A stretch of DNA of 7,001 nt from a virus: IMG/VR virus record IMGVR_UViG_3300011982_000003, positions 1 through 7,001 of that record. One strand, written 5' to 3'. Made by a program: the position numbers and the translations under genes. The notes under the pieces were generated by a model that was not told the origin of the DNA, did no database searches, and worked only from the letters and a program-made list of their open reading frames with translations. Positions 1 to 5,063 of the stretch are shown piece by piece. Positions within the stretch are counted from its first letter, which is position 1. Each line of letters begins with the position of its first letter.

Positions 1-77
1 GTTCGGAGACGCACATTTATTCCCAGCCTGCTGGAATGTTGTTGCCCGTTTTCCAGATGTTTTTGAACCCTAATGAC
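1..77. repeat. Terminal redundancy: 1..77 is identical to 6925..7001, so the window is a circular genome of 6,924 nt written with a 77-nt overlap
   Basis: Both ends match exactly when read directly (gttcggagacgcacatttattcccagcctgctggaatgttgttgcccgttttccagatgtttttgaaccctaatgac). The VP1 reading frame continues through the junction without a break. Confidence 0.9.
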
Positions 78-2102
78 CATGTATCAGTCGATACAAGTTC
101 AATTGTTCAGGCGCAAACACTTCAAGGTCGCCCGTTCTTAGGAATGAAACAGAATTTTGCGTTCTATTTTGTTCCTGCTCGTTTGATGTGTAGCTACTCG
201 AAAGCTTTCTTTAGCGGTGTAAATCCGAAAAATACGGTTACGAGTGCAAAGCTTGTTGCAGACAACCCTGCGGGTTCTGTTTTGAAAGTTCCTACCTTTA
301 AGCCTTATCAGGTGTTTGTCCGTTTTGCCGGCATTCCTGATGAAACTTCACAATTGCTTGACGTGAAGTGGATTGAGTCTAAGTTCGGTGGTTCTGCTGT
401 TAAAGACCCTCTTGCTCCTGGTAAGAATGAAGGCTTTTCAAGTGGTGGTTATTTTGGCAATCGTCGTGCTAAGTCTTCCGGTGTTGATGAGTTTACGGAG
501 GAAGAAGCAAAAGAAGCAGCTGCAAAGCCAAACCCTGTATTTAATGTTCCTGGAGATGCGTTTTTCAAGAAACCTTACGGTGATATTCTGGCGCAAAACA
601 GTAATATCGTTGATGCACTCGGCTATGATATGTTGTCTTCTTATGTTCGTTTTTGTGACATGATGAAGTACGGTGCTATGCCTTACATCGGCGAAAGTGT
701 CAATATCAAGTCTGTAACGCCGGAATTGATGAAATACGAAGCTAATTTATATTATTGGCTTGCGTATCAGAAGATATATCAAGACCACTTCCTTGATAGT
801 AACTATGAGTTTGTCAATCCTCGTTCTTATAACGTAGATGATTTGTATGACCCGACTGATTCCTCTTTCAAGTTCGATTTTGCGAGTACGAAAGAGGCTT
901 TGGACCGTGCTGTAGACATCTTTTCACCTCGTTATATCAAGTACGAGAAAGATTTGTTGTCTAACATTCACCCGTCACCGCTGTTCCTCGATGATGTTTC
1001 ATCTACGATTAAGACTTTTGTAGGTTCCGCCCCCGTTACGGGTGGCTCCTTAGATGGTCGCGGAAAAGCTTTTAACCCTTACAAAAATTCCGATACGCTT
1101 GTGTCGACGATTTGGAACGGTTCTGCGCAGTCGGAAACGATTATGTCAGCTGCTCAATTGCGCAACTTGATGGCCCTTGACAAGATGGCTCAGATTTCAA
1201 GTCGTGCACCTAAGACGTACAAAGGACAGATGTTGGCACATTACGGTGTGAATGTATCTGATGACCTAATGGAAAGTTTCTATCTCGGTGGTTTCCAAAA
1301 GGCGTTGGAAGTTTCTCCGGTTATTGCCACGTCAGATGGTAAATCGGATGATGGGTCTACCAATTTTGGACAGCAAGGAAGTTATATTGACTCTGCGCAG
1401 AGTGGACATATCAATTTCGATGCTCGTGAACATGGTGTCCTGATGTGTCTTTCTTGGTTCTCTCCCTCTTCTTTGTATGATGCTGACGGTATCGACGCTT
1501 TCAATACGAAGATGTTCCGCGAGGATTATTTTGTCCCCGAAGTCGAGGACCTTGGTATGCAGCCTATCGAGTATGCCCGTTTGTTGCCTCCTTGGATAAA
1601 GTTCGGTGCATATCGTCTGCCGGACATGACCGGATTGTCTGCAGAGTATTTGGCTACGCATAAGAAAGAGGTAGAAGATGCGTATAATGCTACGTATAAG
1701 CGTGCTTCGCTTCGTGCTCGTGGTCGCACCTTAGGTGGTGAAAGTAATGCTATCGATGTGTCAAGAGTGTATGGCTGGCAGCCTCGGTATCACGAGTTCA
1801 AAGCCGGTGCGGATTATATCCACGGAGAATTCAAGACAGGCCGCTCTATGCAGGTTCTTACTGTTCATCGTCCTACGGTGTTTAATAAGGAATTAGGCTT
1901 GAATGTTCGAAGTTCGTTTGCGTATGATAATACGTACCACGGTGTGCCTGCTTCGTTTTTGTATGTGGACCCTGCATGTACTAATGAAGTTGTGGAAGTC
2001 AATTATGACGGTACCGAGAAGACAGACCCGTTCCGCATCACTACGCACTTTGCAGTGAGTTATATTTCTGACATGTCCGTTTCCGGCATGCCTCGTGTTT
2101 AA
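1..2102 (+). CDS. Major capsid protein VP1 (F-like), 5'-partial in this linear window; the true start is at 6864
   Basis: A 688-aa ORF extended upstream through the junction. It is the largest ORF in a small circular genome that also encodes a rolling-circle Rep with a YVAKY motif, so the Microviridae capsid assignment is by context plus the conserved N-terminus. Its length matches the large VP1 of gut or Bacteroidota microviruses. Confidence 0.85.
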   Translation, partial: SETHIYSQPAGMLLPVFQMFLNPNDHVSVDTSSIVQAQTLQGRPFLGMKQNFAFYFVPARLMCSYSKAFFSGVNPKNTVTSAKLVADNPAGSVLKVPTFKPYQVFVRFAGIPDETSQLLDVKWIESKFGGSAVKDPLAPGKNEGFSSGGYFGNRRAKSSGVDEFTEEEAKEAAAKPNPVFNVPGDAFFKKPYGDILAQNSNIVDALGYDMLSSYVRFCDMMKYGAMPYIGESVNIKSVTPELMKYEANLYYWLAYQKIYQDHFLDSNYEFVNPRSYNVDDLYDPTDSSFKFDFASTKEALDRAVDIFSPRYIKYEKDLLSNIHPSPLFLDDVSSTIKTFVGSAPVTGGSLDGRGKAFNPYKNSDTLVSTIWNGSAQSETIMSAAQLRNLMALDKMAQISSRAPKTYKGQMLAHYGVNVSDDLMESFYLGGFQKALEVSPVIATSDGKSDDGSTNFGQQGSYIDSAQSGHINFDAREHGVLMCLSWFSPSSLYDADGIDAFNTKMFREDYFVPEVEDLGMQPIEYARLLPPWIKFGAYRLPDMTGLSAEYLATHKKEVEDAYNATYKRASLRARGRTLGGESNAIDVSRVYGWQPRYHEFKAGADYIHGEFKTGRSMQVLTVHRPTVFNKELGLNVRSSFAYDNTYHGVPASFLYVDPACTNEVVEVNYDGTEKTDPFRITTHFAVSYISDMSVSGMPRV

Positions 2103-2120
2103 CGTGTAAGATGTTTTATT

Positions 2121-2546
2121 ATGAAGAATTGTTATTTAAGACGCTGGCAGATTGAAAATGCTAATGCTTTTAGTCCTGCACAGGAGCAAGTTGTGACGGT
2201 AGACCAGGAGGCTACACAGTTGTTTGAAAAACTGAACCCCGTGTTGTCAAACGGTCATCGTGTGAATGTCATTACCCAGCTTGTTAACAAGAATGTGCCG
2301 CGTGAGGTTGCCGATGTTATTGCACAGTTGGTAGTTAATATACCGCACGATGACAAGAACAAGGGCTACACTGACGAGCAAATTAAGCAGATGATAGTGA
2401 GCCGTCATTATCAGAATGAAATTGAGCTTGAGGAAGTCCGTAAATCGCTTGATGCTGTGCTCGGAGATATGTTCCCAGATGAGCCTGCTTCGCAAGAGCC
2501 TGCTTTGCAGGAACCTACTCCACCGTCTGGCTCTAAACCCGAATAG
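2121..2546 (+). CDS. Hypothetical acidic 141-aa protein with a P/E/Q-rich C-terminus, possibly an internal scaffolding (VP3-like) protein
   Basis: Clean ORF on the same strand, tightly packed between the VP1 stop (2102) and the VP2 start (2549). The predicted protein is net acidic and largely helical, and is the size of gokushovirus VP3. No motif was recognised, so the functional call is only positional. Confidence 0.5.
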   Translation: MKNCYLRRWQIENANAFSPAQEQVVTVDQEATQLFEKLNPVLSNGHRVNVITQLVNKNVPREVADVIAQLVVNIPHDDKNKGYTDEQIKQMIVSRHYQNEIELEEVRKSLDAVLGDMFPDEPASQEPALQEPTPPSGSKPE

Positions 2547-2548
2547 TT

Positions 2549-3502
2549 ATGAATTATTTCAAGTTAGTAAGGGGAGAGCCTCTCTCCCCTACTTACGACA
2601 ATCGTAAGCAAATTGCGCCTTTACTTGCTGCTACTATACCTGCTGCCGTCTCGGCTGTCGGTTCTTTGGTCGGTAATTCAATGAATAATAAGGCTATACG
2701 TGAAAACAATCAGATGCAGCAGCGTCTTGTTGAAGAACAAAAAGCCTATAATGCACCGGACCAGCAAGTCGCTCGAATGCGTCAGGCAGGTTTGAACCCT
2801 TATATGATGCTTGGACAGCTTAATAGTGGTAATCAGGAAAGTGTTGCGACAACGACGCCGGAGAACAACGACACAGCCGTTAATGGTATTCTTAGTGCAG
2901 CTAATCAAGCCATTCAAGGCTTAGTAGGTCAGAGTCAAGTTCAGTTGAACAATGAGACAGCTAAGAAGACTGCGAGTGAAACCGCGCTTAATGAAATCGA
3001 TGCCCGAACGCGTGCAGCTGAAAATGATGCCCGGATTAATGCACTTGTAAAGCAGGGTAAGTTGACCGAAGAACAAGCCGAGGAAATTCGTCTAAAGAAC
3101 GACCTCACATTGTTGAATTGGGACGCTTTGTCGAAACAGTATAATATTCAAAATCAGAATGTACAAGCTGATACGAATTTGAAGACTGTAGAGAAGAATT
3201 CGAAAGATTTCCATCTACGGCAAGATAAGAAGTGGACAGATAAAGAACGTTATGCTGCTTTGCGTCTTCAAGGTACGCAATCTTTGTTGAATAATAAGCA
3301 ATCAAATGTGTTGAAACATGACGGAAATACTGCTTATTGGCGCTCTTTGGATAGTCACGTTTCCTATTTGGAGAATCAGCGCTTACATCGGTATAATCGT
3401 CAGTATTATCGTTCACCGATTAGTGACCGGAATTGGTCGCGTGTTCCTTTTGTTTCCGGTGCTGGAAGTAGTACGGGAGCTTTATTGAAACTTATCAAAT
3501 AA
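2549..3502 (+). CDS. Minor capsid / DNA pilot protein (VP2, H-like)
   Basis: 317 aa. An N-terminal hydrophobic stretch (IAPLLAATIPAAVSAVGSLVGNSM) is followed by a long Q/N/E/A-rich region predicted helical or coiled-coil. The MRQAGLNPYMMLG motif resembles the conserved AGLNP segment of microvirus VP2 proteins. The start is 2 nt after the preceding stop. Confidence 0.7.
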   Translation: MNYFKLVRGEPLSPTYDNRKQIAPLLAATIPAAVSAVGSLVGNSMNNKAIRENNQMQQRLVEEQKAYNAPDQQVARMRQAGLNPYMMLGQLNSGNQESVATTTPENNDTAVNGILSAANQAIQGLVGQSQVQLNNETAKKTASETALNEIDARTRAAENDARINALVKQGKLTEEQAEEIRLKNDLTLLNWDALSKQYNIQNQNVQADTNLKTVEKNSKDFHLRQDKKWTDKERYAALRLQGTQSLLNNKQSNVLKHDGNTAYWRSLDSHVSYLENQRLHRYNRQYYRSPISDRNWSRVPFVSGAGSSTGALLKLIK

Positions 3503-3548
3503 TTATTTATTTGGTTATGTGTAATATTAATTTTTAATTTACGTTATT

Positions 3549-3635
3549 ATGAAAAAAGAGAATGTTTGGAAGCTTGTGTTACAGATTGCTGTTTCGGCGA
3601 TTACTGCACTTGCAACCGCTTTAGGTGTTAATTAA
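3549..3635 (+). CDS. Small predicted single-transmembrane peptide, 28 aa (MKKENVWKLVLQIAVSAITALATALGVN)
   Basis: Hand-translated ORF, below the ORF-track size cutoff. It has an N-terminal KK then a 20-residue hydrophobic helix. It is on the coding strand in a region otherwise without ORFs, immediately upstream of a second similar peptide and a terminator-like hairpin. Confidence 0.4.
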   Translation: MKKENVWKLVLQIAVSAITALATALGVN

Positions 3636-3645
3636 TTTATTTGTT

Positions 3646-3762
3646 ATGTCGTATAAGAAAATATTTTTTACGATAGCAATTGTTTTTATGTTTATTTATC
3701 TGCCGGTTATCCTTGTTGGATTGATTTTTCTAATTGGTGATTGGTTAGGTATTAAAATTTAA
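3646..3762 (+). CDS. Small predicted single-transmembrane peptide, 38 aa (MSYKKIFFTIAIVFMFIYLPVILVGLIFLIGDWLGIKI), candidate holin-like or single-gene-lysis-like membrane protein
   Basis: Hand-translated ORF starting 10 nt after the previous peptide stop. It has an N-terminal basic KK, about 25 contiguous hydrophobic residues and a short polar C-terminus. A hairpin plus T-tract follows 13 nt after its stop. Confidence 0.4.
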   Translation: MSYKKIFFTIAIVFMFIYLPVILVGLIFLIGDWLGIKI

Positions 3763-3774
3763 TCTCTCTTAAAT

Positions 3775-3808
3775 GAGCGTGGCTTCGGTCACGCTTATTA
3801 TTTGCTGT
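3775..3808 (+). terminator. Rho-independent terminator-like hairpin (GAGCGTGGC-TTCG-GTCACGCTT, about 9 bp stem, TTCG tetraloop) followed by the T-rich ATTATTTGCTGTT
   Basis: Seen directly: positions 3776..3783 pair with 3788..3795, with one G-U and otherwise Watson-Crick pairs, then a T-rich run. It lies just downstream of the two small peptide ORFs. Confidence 0.45.
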
Positions 3809-4076
3809 TCGTTAGGTGAGCGTGAGCGAACATAGAATATGTTTTTTACCTTTACAGCTTGGGCCCTTGTGGCCGAACTGCGCCTAACGCTTTTTATTTG
3901 TTTTGTGTCGTTAGACAAACGCAGTACGGCGCAGCCGCCTCCTAAAGACTTTAAAAACTCTATTAATTTTGCACATCAACATTTTATCCGTATCTGTATG
4001 CGCGTGCGCGTCTCGTGCGCGCGTATGCTATACGTAGTTTGATGTGCTTAATTTGTTGTGATTAATTTGTTCCTGT

Positions 4077-4093
4077 CGGGCACGTAGTGCCCG
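4077..4093. other. Perfect GC-rich hairpin CGGGCAC-GTA-GTGCCCG (7 bp stem, 3-nt loop) in AT-rich non-coding DNA
   Basis: Exact inverted repeat read directly. There is no following T-run, so it is not a classical terminator. It is a candidate ssDNA structural signal such as a complementary-strand origin or packaging site. Confidence 0.5.
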
Positions 4094-4112
4094 CAAAACA
4101 TTTGGTAGGGGT

Positions 4113-4134
4113 TCGGGGGCTGCCAGGCCCCCGA
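4113..4134. other. Perfect GC-rich hairpin TCGGGGGC-TGCCAG-GCCCCCGA (8 bp stem, 6-nt loop)
   Basis: Exact inverted repeat read directly, 20 nt downstream of the first hairpin. It is flanked by G-runs (GGTAGGGG) upstream and the AT-rich CTATAAAAG downstream. Confidence 0.5.
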
Positions 4135-4415
4135 CTATAAAAGTTGTTGTATATAGTTTATATTATTGATATTCAGTTACTTATAATTGTTTATTTCTAT
4201 GCGTCGATAGACGGAACGTCGTTTGTATCGCTGCATATCTCTATTATTTTGTTATTATCAGTTTCCACGTCAGTGGCGCACGGCTCCCGTCCTGCGTACT
4301 CTACTCTCGACATATATAATAAAACTGACAGCTATCCAAGCACTATAAAACGCTTTAATTATTAATATTCCTTAAAAAAAAACGTTTATCATACTGCAGA
4401 TTATATTTTTCTGTG

Positions 4416-4423
4416 TATATTTG
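4416..4423 (+). promoter_or_regulatory. TATATTTG, a match to the Bacteroidota sigma-A -7 element TAnnTTTG, 31 nt upstream of the peptidase start codon
   Basis: The motif is seen directly. An upstream -33 TTTG element at canonical spacing is not clear, only a T-rich ATTTTTCTG. Assigning it as a promoter is inference from the established Bacteroides promoter consensus. Confidence 0.3.
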
Positions 4424-4453
4424 CGAATGTAAATACTAATTAACTAAAAAGTT

Positions 4454-4891
4454 ATGATGCTTGAAGATTGTAAATTGTCCCGCCATTTCACATTGTTTGA
4501 GATGTGCAATGTAAAAAAGTACGGTCGTTTTAATGAGCCTAACGCGAACGAGATTGCTAACTTAAAACAGTTGTGTTCGTTTCTCGAAATGCTTCGTGAC
4601 CGATTAGGCGGTTTATCTATAATTGTCAATTCTGGTTATCGTTCTAAGAACATTAATTTGCATGTAGGTGGTGTTCCCACCTCTGACCATGTAAAAGGTC
4701 TTGCTGCAGATATTCGCGTGATTGGTTATACCCCTATCAGGCTCGCAAAGTTTATTCGTAGCAATGATTTTCTTAACGGTTTTGTAGGTCAAGTAATCAT
4801 TTACCCTACGTTCTTGCATGTGTCGATAAATCGTTTCAAGCATAAGTCACAGTATCTAATAAAAAAAGGTAGTCGTTATGTCCCGTATTAA
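4454..4891 (+). CDS. Zinc metallopeptidase of the LAS / peptidase M15 (M15_3-like) family, a putative peptidoglycan D,D- or L-Ala-D-Glu peptidase (endolysin-like or entry cell-wall hydrolase)
   Basis: 145 aa. SGYRSKNINLHVGG is followed by SDHVKGLAADI, which matches the SxHxxGxAxD zinc-binding signature of VanY / M15 / hedgehog-fold peptidases. A downstream His in FLHVSIN serves as the third ligand. The first ATG is used (MML...), and there is no N-terminal signal peptide or TM segment. Confidence 0.75.
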   Translation: MMLEDCKLSRHFTLFEMCNVKKYGRFNEPNANEIANLKQLCSFLEMLRDRLGGLSIIVNSGYRSKNINLHVGGVPTSDHVKGLAADIRVIGYTPIRLAKFIRSNDFLNGFVGQVIIYPTFLHVSINRFKHKSQYLIKKGSRYVPY

Positions 4892-5063
4892 GTTGCAATA
4901 TCCTATAATTGAGCAATGCGAATTATCGATATACTTTGAGAGACGTATATCAAAGCATGGTGATAAGGATATCATTTTGTGGCGTGTTGAGCAATCAGAT
5001 GGTACATATCACTGTTTTTCAAGTTTTGATGCTGTAATCGATTTTGTAAAGTTGAATTTCTGA
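4878..5063 (+). CDS. Hypothetical 61-aa protein
   Basis: ORF overlapping the peptidase 3' end by 14 nt. Its stop overlaps the rep start in a TGATG arrangement, suggesting translational coupling. No motif was recognised. It is near charge-neutral, so it is not an obvious J/VP8-type basic DNA-binding protein. Confidence 0.45.
   Translation: MSRIKLQYPIIEQCELSIYFERRISKHGDKDIILWRVEQSDGTYHCFSSFDAVIDFVKLNF

Noticed and set aside
373-663. 96-aa + strand ORF in an alternate frame of VP1
   Set aside because: It is a leucine/valine-rich product of a T-rich alternate frame. It is short, with no support beyond being open.
1332-1729. Minus-strand ORFs of 109 and 67 aa inside VP1
   Set aside because: They are antisense to a well-supported capsid gene in a genome where all real genes are on one strand (the ssDNA viral strand). 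The translated sequences are arbitrary, and no start or coupling context supports them.
2247-2917. ORFs at 2247..2495 (-), 2416..2607 (+) and 2678..2917 (-) overlapping the 141-aa and VP2 genes
   Set aside because: They overlap the better-supported same-strand genes in antisense or alternate frames. The products are low-complexity.
3846-3950. Possible tRNA or small structured RNA gene in the GC-rich island
   Set aside because: Stems are present, but no cloverleaf with a 7-nt anticodon loop, T-loop GTTC or conserved D-arm could be assembled by eye. tRNA genes would also be unusual in a microvirus.
3839-4042. 67-aa ORF (MFFTFTAWALVAEL...) spanning the GC-rich structured region
   Set aside because: The reading frame runs straight through the hairpin and alternating-CG elements, and its composition (RVRVSCARMLYVV) reflects those motifs rather than a protein. 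It is more likely non-coding.
3996-4135. CRISPR-like or tandem repeat array
   Set aside because: Only two copies of a 10-nt direct repeat and unrelated hairpins are present. There is no regular repeat-spacer periodicity.
4144-4365. 73-aa ORF (MLYIVYIIDIQLLIIVYFY...)
   Set aside because: It is an extremely I/L/Y/S-rich low-complexity translation of AT-rich DNA with no upstream coupling. It is probably spurious, though a small membrane protein cannot be excluded.
4444-4843. Minus-strand ORFs (61 and 76 aa) antisense to the peptidase gene
   Set aside because: They are antisense to a gene with a clear catalytic signature, and there is no supporting context.
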